Shown in pieces: positions 38,601 through 48,337 of a stretch of DNA of 64,000 nucleotides. Position 1 is the stretch's first letter. Every line of letters begins with the position of its first letter. The notes beneath the pieces are model-generated. The model saw only the letters and a program-made list of their open reading frames with translations, searched no databases and was not told where the DNA came from. Origin of the DNA: Candidatus Cloacimonadales bacterium (GTDB lineage: Bacteria; Cloacimonadota; Cloacimonadia; Cloacimonadales; JAFGVF01); NCBI GenBank assembly GCA_963677495.2, contig CAXXOU010000001.1, forward strand, positions 128,001-192,000, given 5' to 3'. The position numbers were made by a program, and so were the translations under genes.

Positions 38601-40683
38601 AGTTATTATATGCATATGATAAGAAATCTTTTATTGATTGTGCACTTTTAATACCATTATTGAATTCATCATAAACATCTTGAACATCAACGACCTTTAC
38701 AATCTGTCCCAACTCTTCCCAATGAGACTGAATGTTGTCCAATCCTTCTGTCCCTAAGAAGTCATTAATAGTGATTATAACCAAATCTGCTCTATTGGAG
38801 TGACTTTTTAAATAAGATGGGTAGTCAGGTAGTATTTGTTCTGGCTGAAGTTTTGCACTTTCTTCAACTGCGACATACTCAAATCCTTCAGAAATCACAC
38901 TGTCCTGGAAAGTCACCATGTATGGAGCCCCACCTGTTTCACTGAATGGTGTAATTTGAACATTTTCCATCTGAGCAGTTCCAAGTTTATAAACGCTTAT
39001 ATTATCAGATGAGAATCCATCAATTGCAAATTCATACAACCCATATGGACGATTTGAAGGTCTGTTAAAACTAAGAATATCAGTATCTGTTTTAAACTCT
39101 CTCCAATACTTAAGCTTGATATAGTCGAGTAAGATTACCTCTTTATCTCCAGAAACTGTATCACCGGGCATACTAATAAAGAGACTATTTGCACCATGAT
39201 ACAAGTTAGCATTACCTAAAGGATTATAGTTTTTAAATATTTTCTCTTTCTGCCCCCTCCAGTATGTATCCGCAGGCTCTGTAACACCATTCTCATCATT
39301 GTCTATCAATGAGGAATTCAATCTTACTACAGCATGGTGATCCCATTCATTTGCTGCTAAACTTGCCGCATAAGTTAAACCATATAGACATACTTCTGCC
39401 TGGAATGTCCTAATACTTGAGCTTATCGGATAAGGAACATTGAAGTTAAAAACTTTTAAGTTTGGTGCTGCAATACGATTCCAAAACCAGTTGTCTTCTC
39501 TGAAGAATGGAGTACTAGAACTATAACCACGTGCTAACTTATCAAGCATATATTGATTTTCAATATGGAGTTCTTCTTCGAATGCGTCTGGTCTGATTAA
39601 CTGATTACTTGCATTTACTAATAATCCACCATTTTCAACAGCAAGCCTTGCTCCATTTGTATCTTTTACATATAAGATATAAACATTTGTGTCTGTATAA
39701 TCATCGTAGTAACTAGTTTCACCTCGATTTCGCTCTCCCCAAAATTCAAAGTAGTCACCATTATCGAATACTCCATCTTCTTCACCAAAGAATCGTATAG
39801 GAATAATTCCATGCTCATCTTTTAGTTCAAGATAGTGAGGGTCAATTTCATCAAGATCGAATCCAAGGGTAAACTGATATTCATAAGCAGCTTCTCGAAG
39901 AGCATCTACTAAGAACTCTTTTGTAACCTTATAGATACCGTCTTCTTTTACTAGAATCTGAATCTGGTTTACGATATCATCACGCTGAATCTGGCAATCA
40001 CTAGTGTAATCTTTGTTTTTTGGTAAACGCCAGCCTTTAGAAGTATTATTATTAATAAACATATTGTCACCATGCTTATCATAAATTCCCCTACCTGTTT
40101 GATACGTTTTAACTATTCTGGACTTCGTACCGCTTATCATGATTTTAAGTCTTGCTTTTGTCGCCACTCTAACAGAATGATCTTCGTTTCTATAAGTGAA
40201 TGGAAAAAACTGGAAACCAACAAAATGCCTATCTCCTGCAAATCCACTTTCACCTTTTTTTAACTCGATTGATGGATAGAAGCTTCTTTGAGAAAGTTCA
40301 GTAGCCCTATACGCTTCATAAACTAACTTGTCTCCTTTAAGCTCATGATTGTCCGCCACTTCCAAATTTTCTATTATTACATTCTCATACTGAATGTTCT
40401 CAATTGACAGAGATATATTTCCATCTACTGGGATACCAACGATATCAGCAAAATAAGGAAGTTTAGGAAAACCTGGTTCAGCTAGCATTAGACTTCCGGG
40501 CACCTCGATTCTTTGAACATTTTCGCTATGCTTACTATAAGACTTAATCTCATAATCTGGCATCACAAAATCTAGTAATATATAATTCTCGTTCTCTTCA
40601 ATTACTTGAAAACTTCCCTTTGAATGCAGTGCTAATGCAGATAGTACTATCAATAGTACCAGTATGTATCTATTTTGAAACAT
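35644..40683 (-). CDS. Large C25 (gingipain-family) cysteine peptidase, PorU-like, with CARDB-like and C-terminal FlgD-Ig/T9SS-like sorting domain
   Basis: Propeptide-like N-terminus, VYDEFNNG, LIGDG, FMGHGG and SLSCFGG (His/Cys dyad), YLGDP, C-terminal NYPNP...IYTVSGRLVK...WDCKD..G..LANGVYFYKL...KMAILR. Confidence 0.85.
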   Translation of the reverse strand: MFQNRYILVLLIVLSALALHSKGSFQVIEENENYILLDFVMPDYEIKSYSKHSENVQRIEVPGSLMLAEPGFPKLPYFADIVGIPVDGNISLSIENIQYENVIIENLEVADNHELKGDKLVYEAYRATELSQRSFYPSIELKKGESGFAGDRHFVGFQFFPFTYRNEDHSVRVATKARLKIMISGTKSRIVKTYQTGRGIYDKHGDNMFINNNTSKGWRLPKNKDYTSDCQIQRDDIVNQIQILVKEDGIYKVTKEFLVDALREAAYEYQFTLGFDLDEIDPHYLELKDEHGIIPIRFFGEEDGVFDNGDYFEFWGERNRGETSYYDDYTDTNVYILYVKDTNGARLAVENGGLLVNASNQLIRPDAFEEELHIENQYMLDKLARGYSSSTPFFREDNWFWNRIAAPNLKVFNFNVPYPISSSIRTFQAEVCLYGLTYAASLAANEWDHHAVVRLNSSLIDNDENGVTEPADTYWRGQKEKIFKNYNPLGNANLYHGANSLFISMPGDTVSGDKEVILLDYIKLKYWREFKTDTDILSFNRPSNRPYGLYEFAIDGFSSDNISVYKLGTAQMENVQITPFSETGGAPYMVTFQDSVISEGFEYVAVEESAKLQPEQILPDYPSYLKSHSNRADLVIITINDFLGTEGLDNIQSHWEELGQIVKVVDVQDVYDEFNNGIKSAQSIKDFLSYAYNNWSYPQLKYAVLIGDGTYNENDNNPLEEYNMIPVKKVWTANVGATACDVWYGCIVGDDFVPDIVVSRIPARDAEEIQNVYEKVNKYTSAQDTDSAWRGRITLAAGGTDGEGHDVFSQQEEAIRRYGIPEEYFVTRVYTTTVAPTPSGYYGGTFKLKDSISDGLSFLQFMGHGGGRIWADYNLMNYNDIRTLTNDDYFIVSSLSCFGGAFDSSEPCINEGFLLEQGKGSVGSIGFTGVGYVDFDLYLGLILVESLFNPSFDSIGESINYSLANYYATEYTAFARDGLISAFSYLGDPVLSLSKLESELTSTINKTLFAPGDTISVSVEFPESVETAIPIVLDENELALNYLYELPIYNGIFEFEYVIPENTSPQYLSIRIAGLSPEKEYVSLQKIPVYEHSVNMLKTNPESPDYDDLVNVSASVLSENNIEDVYCQVKVGEYFSSSSQVIYHAHEEFDIPMEFIDANTIQTVYPINPDTLIYSPGYEVQLKVVATTDTDIVESSILAYNIKGPDLSLNYAELDVINQQSGVNVNIANYGNTVSPNSTITIYRYSGLEEVILDEYSIDSINPAENRTIFCPLQLVDTENFTAYVEVNKNREFDEISFDNNLGQIRVTSNYYYLDSNEQIIESSDGNLQIKIPTAFGTNNTIVELTTTDQPQAIAQPDIYSVQLHDNASSKAYKIHVHDTSFVDSLGFFANNRELKITMNFSETDSLTQSFVYSDSYRLYLWNEDYSKWFYCGGLMHPEQNQVSYSINRNGIYSLFRNEDRTAPSIEANVAEQEFTRGGYIASDGTISFSFYDQNGIDVINAKPKLYLNGVDVDLSYITMAINKDNLNSVPLNYELDLEVGTYTIKAECSDINGNYKELLINFRVNDEFEILNLANYPNPVVGHAIEPVNDGRTRFTYLLTAPAERVTMKIYTVSGRLVKTFKNMPKGVGYHEYPRTVYGWDCKDDDGFYLANGVYFYKLIAKNGEKTIEKIQKMAILR

Positions 40684-40701
40684 TTTTCCCCTCGGAACTT
40701 A

Positions 40702-41958
40702 TCAACTCAAACCTTTATGGGCAATATCTGTGCGATAAGTCTTTCCTTCAAAACTTAGTTTTTCAAAAGTCTGATATGCTTCATTAATTGTATCTTTCAA
40801 AGCTTCGGCTTTGGCAGTGATAGAAAGCACTCTTCCTCCATTTGTAACTAAGTGATTAGATTCCTTTTTTACTCCTGAATAATATATTTTGCATCTTTTA
40901 TTGCCATCTAATACTGGGATACTAATAGGTTTCCCTTTTTCATACTTACCGGGGTAACCTTTTGAAGCAGCAACGACATTTACTGCAAAACCTTCTTTCC
41001 ATTCAAGAGTTAACTTTTCTACTTGTTTCTTAATGATTGCCGAACAGACCTTGTTTAAATCAGTCTTTAGTAGTGGTAAAACAACCTGCGTTTCCGGGTC
41101 TCCGAATCGACAGTTGAATTCAACTACCTTCGGTCCTTCATTCGTTATCATTAAACCGGCATAAAGTACGCCTTTGAAAGGATTACCTTCTTCACGCATT
41201 GCTCTCAATACCGGGGTAAAAATATTCTCATCAACATACTGATGATATTCACTAGCTTTTTCTACAGGGGCGTAAGCGCCCATACCTCCTGTGTTTGGTC
41301 CTTTGTCTCCATCATAGATTGCTTTATGATCTTGTGAGAAAATTGTTGAGACAAAACTATTCCCATCAGAAAAAGCAAATATGGATGTTTCCCATCCAAC
41401 CATGAACTCTTCTATTACAACCTGGCTCCCTGCCTGACCAAATGCCTCATCAAGCATTATATCTTTTAAAGCATGAATTGCTTCATCTTTATCATCCACA
41501 ATGATTACACCCTTACCTGCTGCTAATCCATCAGCTTTTAGTACTTGAGGATATGCACAGTTTAAAAGGTATGTCAATGCTTTATCATATTCAGTAAAAA
41601 CTTCGTATGCTGCTGTCGGTACACTACATCTTTTCATAAGATTTTTAGCATAAGCTTTACTGCTTTCTATCTGTGCAGCGGCTTTAGTCGGTCCAATAGC
41701 ATCTATGTTATTTACTTGCAAGAAATCAACTAATCCATCAGCTAAAGGTTGCTCAGGTCCAACAAATACGTAGTTGATATCATTGTTTTCCACAAACTGT
41801 TTAATGTCTTCAAACTCAGGTAGTTTAACAATCTCAAACTCTTGTCCAATGCCATCATTACCTGGGGAGACAATTACAGATTCTACATTTTCACTACGTT
41901 GCATTGCTTCTGCTATTGCATGTTCGCGTGCTCCACTTCCAATAACGAGTATTTTCAC
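40702..41958 (-). CDS. purD: Phosphoribosylamine--glycine ligase
   Basis: ILVIGSGAREHA, KADGLAAGKGV, GPNTGGMGAY, EFNCRFGDPE. Confidence 0.97.
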   Translation of the reverse strand: MKILVIGSGAREHAIAEAMQRSENVESVIVSPGNDGIGQEFEIVKLPEFEDIKQFVENNDINYVFVGPEQPLADGLVDFLQVNNIDAIGPTKAAAQIESSKAYAKNLMKRCSVPTAAYEVFTEYDKALTYLLNCAYPQVLKADGLAAGKGVIIVDDKDEAIHALKDIMLDEAFGQAGSQVVIEEFMVGWETSIFAFSDGNSFVSTIFSQDHKAIYDGDKGPNTGGMGAYAPVEKASEYHQYVDENIFTPVLRAMREEGNPFKGVLYAGLMITNEGPKVVEFNCRFGDPETQVVLPLLKTDLNKVCSAIIKKQVEKLTLEWKEGFAVNVVAASKGYPGKYEKGKPISIPVLDGNKRCKIYYSGVKKESNHLVTNGGRVLSITAKAEALKDTINEAYQTFEKLSFEGKTYRTDIAHKGLS

Positions 41959-42449
41959 CTCGCCTCCGTCATTATCTTTATCAACATCTCAAGGAGATGT
42001 ATTGCAGTTTTATATCTTACAGATTCCCGATTCCCACTAAAACACTGTTTATCAGCAATAGTAACGTCCTTATAACTTATACCGAACCATACTGTGCCTA
42101 CAGGTTTTTCATCTGTACCACCATCCGGTCCTGCTATTCCTGTCACAGAACCTGCGATATCAGTCTCTATTATTTTTTTACAACCCTTAGCCATGTCAAG
42201 AGCTGTTTCTTCACTTACGGCTCCAAACTTGGCTAAAGCTTTTGCAGAGACTCCAAGAATCTGCTCTTTTATCTCATTATGATATGCAACAACTCCACCT
42301 TTAAAGAAGGTAGAACATCCTGCTAAATCAGTTATCGTCTTACTTATCAAACCACCGGTACATGATTCTGCAAATGAGATGGTAATCTCTTTTTTTTTTG
42401 CTAAATCAGAAACTTGTTCCGAGAGTTCTCTCAAGCGATCTTCAAACAT
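41955..42449 (-). CDS. CinA C-terminal domain / NMN amidohydrolase (PncC-like)
   Basis: AESCTGG, GAVSEETA, TGIAGPDGG...KPVGTV. Confidence 0.92.
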   Translation of the reverse strand: MFEDRLRELSEQVSDLAKKKEITISFAESCTGGLISKTITDLAGCSTFFKGGVVAYHNEIKEQILGVSAKALAKFGAVSEETALDMAKGCKKIIETDIAGSVTGIAGPDGGTDEKPVGTVWFGISYKDVTIADKQCFSGNRESVRYKTAIHLLEMLIKIMTEAR

Positions 42450-43972
42450 TAATAACTTTTTGCAAATAGAACTCTGCGTCTAGATGACTCACCACAGCAA
42501 ATGCATTTGCCTTCTTCCTCTACTGCATCCTCAGGGATACAACGGATAGTAACTTTTAAATGACCTTTCAATGTCTCTTCACATTCAGATGAACCACACC
42601 AATGTGCACTTGCAAATCCACCATGTATCTTTGGGTTATTTGGGTTTCTAAGAGTGAAGAACTTATAAAATGCTTTCTTCTCATCGAACTCAACAGTATG
42701 TTCTGTCCTAAACTCGAGTGCTTTCTTATAGTAGTTATCCTGAATTTCATCAAGAATTCTACCAACAGATGCAACAAACTCAGGTCTCTGCATACTTGTT
42801 TTATCTCGAGGTTCTTTATCTCTTCTACCGAAGTAGATAGAATCATTCTCGATATCTCTTAAACCAATCTCAATTCTAATTGGCATACCATGTTTTATCC
42901 AGTCCCAACTTCTTTCACTGAAAGTCATGTCACGTGTATCTAGTTCAACTTCAACTGATCTTCCATCATACATCTGATCTTTCAACTCATCTCTAAGATT
43001 AGTAACATAATCCATCACTATCTCTTCCTGCTCAGGGTCTTTTATAATAGGTATAATTGCCACATGGGCAGGAGCGACCCTAGGAGGAATAACCATTCCA
43101 TTATCATCACTATGAGCCATGATTAAAGCTCCAATTAAACGGGTTGATACACCCCATGATGTTGTCCAGGCATATTCCATCTCACCCTCTTTGTTCTGGA
43201 ACTTTATACCAGATGCTTTAGCAAAATTCTGACCTAAGAAGTGAGTGGTTCCAGCTTGTAATGCCTTTCTATCCTGCATCATTGCTTCGATACAGAGAGT
43301 AGCAACAGCACCAGGGAATCTTTCACTTTCTGTCTTTTCACCCTTAAACACAGGAATAGCCAGATATTTCTCAGCAAATTCAGCATAAACATCAAGCATC
43401 TTCTTAGTTTCTTCCCAAGCTTCTGCTTCAGTCGCGTGAGCTGTATGACCTTCCTGCCATAAGAACTCAGCAGTACGGAGGAATAATCTTGTACGTAACT
43501 CCCATCGAACCACATTAGCCCATTGATTTATTAGTAGTGGGAGGTCTCTGTAAGAGTTTACCCATCTTGCAAATGAATCACCAATAATGGTTTCACTTGT
43601 AGGTCTAACAATGTATGGTTCTGTCAACTCACCGGCAACTTTAAGTCCACCATTACCGTCATCTTCAAGACGTGAGTGAGTCACTACAGCACACTCCTTA
43701 GCAAATCCTTCAACGTGTTCTGCTTCTTTTTCTAGGAAACTCTTAGGTATAAATATCGGGAAATAAGCATTTTTGTGTCCGGTGTCTTTAAACATCTTAT
43801 CAAGGTGCATCTGAATATTCTCCCATATCGCATAGCCCCAAGGTTTAATAATCATACACCCACGTACTTCACTATTTTCAGCTAAGTCAGCCAGTTTTAT
43901 CACCTGCTGATACCATTCTGCGTAATTCTCTTCTCTAGTTGGTACTATAGCTGTTTTTGCTCTTTTTCCCAT
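42449..43972 (-). CDS. proS: Proline--tRNA ligase (archaeal/eukaryote-type)
   Basis: EAEHVEGFAKE, RPTSET, NQWANVVRWE, EFLWQEGH, SWGVSTR, C-terminal Zn domain ending FAKSY. Confidence 0.97.
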   Translation of the reverse strand: MGKRAKTAIVPTREENYAEWYQQVIKLADLAENSEVRGCMIIKPWGYAIWENIQMHLDKMFKDTGHKNAYFPIFIPKSFLEKEAEHVEGFAKECAVVTHSRLEDDGNGGLKVAGELTEPYIVRPTSETIIGDSFARWVNSYRDLPLLINQWANVVRWELRTRLFLRTAEFLWQEGHTAHATEAEAWEETKKMLDVYAEFAEKYLAIPVFKGEKTESERFPGAVATLCIEAMMQDRKALQAGTTHFLGQNFAKASGIKFQNKEGEMEYAWTTSWGVSTRLIGALIMAHSDDNGMVIPPRVAPAHVAIIPIIKDPEQEEIVMDYVTNLRDELKDQMYDGRSVEVELDTRDMTFSERSWDWIKHGMPIRIEIGLRDIENDSIYFGRRDKEPRDKTSMQRPEFVASVGRILDEIQDNYYKKALEFRTEHTVEFDEKKAFYKFFTLRNPNNPKIHGGFASAHWCGSSECEETLKGHLKVTIRCIPEDAVEEEGKCICCGESSRRRVLFAKSY

Positions 43973-44420
43973 GCTATTTTTCTCCTGATTTTATATAAAA
44001 TTTATAGACATATCCTTTTATAGGGTCTCTTAACCTCTGTCAACCTAAATTTATGTTAACAATATCAGCATTTATTTAAATATTAACAATCCGCTTTCGC
44101 AACTAGTTAATATATGAATATAAAGTTTCAGTTAACTTAGAATAAAGCCCAAACTCTCACCTTAAAGAAAACTACAATAATAATACTAATATGGTGAACT
44201 TTTCTAGGTAAAAGATTTCAGCAAGCAATAAGAGATAACTGTAATTATTAATCAAATCAGCCTTATCAACTTCTTCCTACATCGTCATCAAAATCACCAT
44301 AATCTTCCAATCTCTAACAAACATTCTATCTCAAATTTACTCTCTAAATTTCATATACTTACATCCCTATTTCTTAATACTTGCTCAAAATTAATATTGC
44401 ACTATTGTGGTAATTGAATT

Positions 44421-44600
44421 GCCCTTCCTAGCTCCCCTCTACTCTTCCTCAATCTATAGGTTTCTCTCGGGTTAGTCTCCCGTTGCTGGCAACGAGTGGG
44501 AAACGGGAGAGAAATGAGAGAGAAACACTCGAAAAATGAGTGGTTGAAAGGAGCGTAGAAGGGAAGTAAAAAGGAAGCAGATTGGGAAAGATTAATGGGA
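44421..44600. repeat. Dyad-centred degenerate 11-bp-period array
   Basis: Pyrimidine-rich left arm, central CGTTGC-TG-GCAACG (44481-44494), purine-rich right arm AACGAGTGGGA/AACGGGAGAGA/AATGAGAGAGA/AACACTCGAAA/AATGAGTGGTT. Confidence 0.6.
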
Positions 44601-44823
44601 GGTTAAAGTAAATGGATTTCGTTGCTAATGTAATTTAAGTCTGCACATGAACGGAAGATTAATATCTATTGCAACTATCCATATTAGCTAGCATCAATTG
44701 AAAGTATCGAATAGAGTTAAAAAAGGAACAATAATTGCAGTACGACAGTATCGTACTTAAAATTAATTTGACATGATAAGATTGATTTGTCTAACTTGTC
44801 TGTTCTAAACATGGAGGTAATCA

Positions 44824-47319
44824 ATGAACCGCTTAGCTATTATACTTTTACTTATTATTACAACATTGCCAATATTTGGTGCTAATCGTGACAGACCTGA
44901 GATTTACATACAGATTCAATATGATAACCGCACCCAAGTAGATGAGATTTCCGGGCTCTGTTCGATAGATAAGGTGGATGGTGAATTTATATACGCATTT
45001 GCGTTACCACATGAAGTAAATGAGCTAAATAGCAATAATATCCGGTTTCAAGAGATACCCCTCCCCTATGCCAACATTCGCGTATCAATGGCCACTACTG
45101 TAGCAGCTATGAGTAATTGGGATTTATACCCAACATTCTCAGTATATCAACAAATGTTATCGGATTTAGCTACAAATTATCCTAACATATGCCAGTTAAT
45201 AAATATTGGTTCTTCAGAACAAGGGCGTGCAATTGAAGTGCTTAAAATATCTGATAATGTTACAATAGAAGAAGCTGAGCCTGAAGTATATTATACATCG
45301 ACTATGCATGGTGATGAGACTATTGGTTGGATAGCACTGCTTAGAGTAGCTTACGAACTTTGTGAAGGTTATGGTTCAGATGCTGAACTTACTGCAATGG
45401 TTGACAATATGGAAATATACCTTAACCCATTAGCCAACCCTGATGGAACTTATTATGGTGGTAACGACAGTGTTAACAGTGCCAGAAGATATAATAGCAA
45501 TAATATAGATTTGAATAGAAACTTTATCGATGCAGAGAGTAATACAAATGGTGATGGTAATCTTACAGCTATCGAGAATACGCATCAAATGAACTTTGCT
45601 GTTGCTCATAACTTTACTATGTCAGCTAACATTCATAGTGGAGCAGAAGTTGTTAATTACCCATGGGATACTTGGTCAACCAGGCATGTAGACGACACAT
45701 GGTACCAGTATGTCAGCAGAAATTATGCTACATCTCTTCAGAATTTGGGACCTACAGGTTACATGGATGACCTGAATAATGGAATTACGAACGGATATGA
45801 CTGGTACACAACTGATGGATGCCGTCAGGACTGGATGAACTACTTCCAACAATGCCGAGAAGTAACTTTAGAACTATCCAATACTAAGCTTTTAAACAAT
45901 ACAGATTTACCTGCATATTACAATTACAACAGACAAGCACTTCTAGATTATCTGAAAGAGGTACAACATGGTATTAGAGGTATAATTACAGATGCTAATG
46001 GAAACCCATTAGAAGCTGAAGTTATTGTTAGTAATCATGATGATGCACAGTCAACAGTTTGGTCACAACCTGACCATGGAGATTATTACAGACCTATTGC
46101 AGCAGGTTCATATACTGTAACTTATAGTTGTACCGGATATCCGGATCAAGTGTTCAACAATGTTACAGTCATTAATGGGCAAGCAACTTATATGGATATA
46201 GTGTTTGGTTCTACCGTCATTACACAAGAGATCGATTTAAATGCTGGCTGGAACCTTATCTCATTGAATACTGAAGGTAGTGATATGAGTCCTGTAAACA
46301 TCTTTAGTACTATAGCATCTGATATTATTCAAGTAAAAGACCTAACTCGCACTTATGATCCTGTAATGCCTGCTCATTTTAATACTCTAAATCTATTGAA
46401 CACTGATACATCTTATTGGGTTAATATGAGAGCAGGAAGAACTTTATCTGTTATCGGAACAGCTACAGAAGAAATATCACCAATCCAATTAACATCCGGT
46501 TGGAACATGCTTGGATATAAACCGCAAGATGTAATTTCACCTGATATCGCTTTGCAAGGGATTGTTGGTGACTTAGTGCAAGTTAAAAATCTAACAGAGA
46601 CTTATGATCCAACCATGCCTTCTCACTTCAATACACTGAACGAGATGACGCCTGGTGAAGGCTATTGGATAAATGTTGGGGCAAGCACTAACCTTGTATT
46701 CAGCTCCCCTACAAGAGATGATTATTTTATTAGAGATGAGCCGGTATGGGACTTGTCAGTATATCCAAACAATACTGCAACCCTCTATATAGAGATTAAT
46801 GCATTTGATGCTGAAGTAGATGATATGATTGGTGCATTTGACGGAGATGAATGTCTAGGTTTTACTTCACCTATTCTGGTTGAACAACAAATCTATTGTA
46901 CAATGCTTGTTCAGATTCCTGAAGATAATACTGACATAGAGTTCAGGTATTATGACCAATCAACTGATACTATCTCAAGTTTTGATTCCATAGTATCAGT
47001 GGCATCAGGAGAGATATATAATGTTCAGCTAAACGCTCCAATGGCATTTGATGGTGATACTTATCCTGCTCAAACTAATGTTAGTGTCTACCCTAACCCA
47101 TTCAATCCGGAAAATGGTACTTGTGTAATTGAGTCTAAGGATGGATTAGGTAGCTGGGAGATATTTAACATGAGAGGACAGTTAATCACAGTGCTTGAAG
47201 GGACAAACCATTGGGATGGGCATGACCAGTATGGTAAAGTAAGCCCAAGTGGTCTTTACCTTATTCGTCCTGTTGAAATTCGAAATAGGAAGACAACTAA
47301 GCTGATAATCATGAAATAG
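44824..47319 (+). CDS. Secreted M14 zinc carboxypeptidase with regulatory-like domain, two internal repeats and FlgD-Ig/T9SS-like C-terminal domain
   Basis: MHGDE, NPDG, DLNRNF, IHSGAEVVNYPW, TLELS. C-terminal VYPNPFNP...IFNMRGQLI...WDG...SGLYLIR...KLIIMK. Confidence 0.9.
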   Translation: MNRLAIILLLIITTLPIFGANRDRPEIYIQIQYDNRTQVDEISGLCSIDKVDGEFIYAFALPHEVNELNSNNIRFQEIPLPYANIRVSMATTVAAMSNWDLYPTFSVYQQMLSDLATNYPNICQLINIGSSEQGRAIEVLKISDNVTIEEAEPEVYYTSTMHGDETIGWIALLRVAYELCEGYGSDAELTAMVDNMEIYLNPLANPDGTYYGGNDSVNSARRYNSNNIDLNRNFIDAESNTNGDGNLTAIENTHQMNFAVAHNFTMSANIHSGAEVVNYPWDTWSTRHVDDTWYQYVSRNYATSLQNLGPTGYMDDLNNGITNGYDWYTTDGCRQDWMNYFQQCREVTLELSNTKLLNNTDLPAYYNYNRQALLDYLKEVQHGIRGIITDANGNPLEAEVIVSNHDDAQSTVWSQPDHGDYYRPIAAGSYTVTYSCTGYPDQVFNNVTVINGQATYMDIVFGSTVITQEIDLNAGWNLISLNTEGSDMSPVNIFSTIASDIIQVKDLTRTYDPVMPAHFNTLNLLNTDTSYWVNMRAGRTLSVIGTATEEISPIQLTSGWNMLGYKPQDVISPDIALQGIVGDLVQVKNLTETYDPTMPSHFNTLNEMTPGEGYWINVGASTNLVFSSPTRDDYFIRDEPVWDLSVYPNNTATLYIEINAFDAEVDDMIGAFDGDECLGFTSPILVEQQIYCTMLVQIPEDNTDIEFRYYDQSTDTISSFDSIVSVASGEIYNVQLNAPMAFDGDTYPAQTNVSVYPNPFNPENGTCVIESKDGLGSWEIFNMRGQLITVLEGTNHWDGHDQYGKVSPSGLYLIRPVEIRNRKTTKLIIMK

Positions 47320-47324
47320 CTGAT

Positions 47325-48209
47325 ATGCTCAGACGAATACTGATTCTTCTCATAGTTATTATAGCTGTGGGATTATTATACAAACTCTATGTTATCGGAA
47401 GTAAAAACGAAAGCATTATTATCGAAGATTATTCTTTTCAAGGGCAGTACGGAACAGAGTTGGAAGGGGAAAAACTAAGAAGTGTTGCCCTAAGATTTGC
47501 AATCGCTGACTACTTTGACGAAGAAGGTATTGATTTACTCAGTTCCTTAACAACAGATACTCCAGTTGATTCAGCCGAGTTAAGCTTAATGAAGTCATTC
47601 CCAGATTTGTTTAGTGGGTTGTATATTAGAAGTGTCGAAGTAAATAGTTTAACCTCGCAAATTGAGCAAGATATGATTAATCCAAGCTACATTATGAATA
47701 AGCTTCATTGGAAAGAACAAAATACAGCTGATTACAACGATTATAGAGGAGACAAATACACTAACTATCAGATAGATTTCTCAGCAGAATTGATAGACAT
47801 TGAAGCAAATCCGTTTGGTTTACATGTTTCAATTGATTCATCTAACTATTCAAGTGGTGAGTCTTTGAGTTTTAGATACAGTCTAGACAAAAGTGGATAT
47901 GTAAACGTAATACTGGGTAGAGATGTTCCAAGATATGATATCCTTCATCAAAGTGAGAGCAAATCAAAGCCAGGTAATTATAAGTATCCGGATAATCAAA
48001 AAGAGATTGTTATCCTTCAGAATAGTAAGAAAGATTACACACTAAACTATATAATGGTAATCGTAACTCCCAGCAGAATGTTCATTCCTAAAACAGCTTC
48101 AAACAAGATTATGTATGGTGGTCTAGGCAACCATGACTTGGAAACATTAGAGGTTTCATTACAAGCACAAAAATACTTTAGTATAAAAGTGATACCCGTA
48201 ATAGGCTAG
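47325..48209 (+). CDS. Membrane-anchored hypothetical protein, possible DUF4384-like C-terminal domain
   Basis: N-terminal TM, YSSGESLSFRYSLDKSGYVNVI...YKYP...IMVIVTP. Confidence 0.55.
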   Translation: MLRRILILLIVIIAVGLLYKLYVIGSKNESIIIEDYSFQGQYGTELEGEKLRSVALRFAIADYFDEEGIDLLSSLTTDTPVDSAELSLMKSFPDLFSGLYIRSVEVNSLTSQIEQDMINPSYIMNKLHWKEQNTADYNDYRGDKYTNYQIDFSAELIDIEANPFGLHVSIDSSNYSSGESLSFRYSLDKSGYVNVILGRDVPRYDILHQSESKSKPGNYKYPDNQKEIVILQNSKKDYTLNYIMVIVTPSRMFIPKTASNKIMYGGLGNHDLETLEVSLQAQKYFSIKVIPVIG

Positions 48210-48337
48210 CTGATTAGTTTTGAGTACTAAATTTTTTACATTTATCATTGACAGTCAACTTCGAGAAAAGTAATTGAATAGAGATGAGAAAATAGTAACT
48301 CATCATGAGGTAACGAAAATATTGTTTAGGTGTATAT

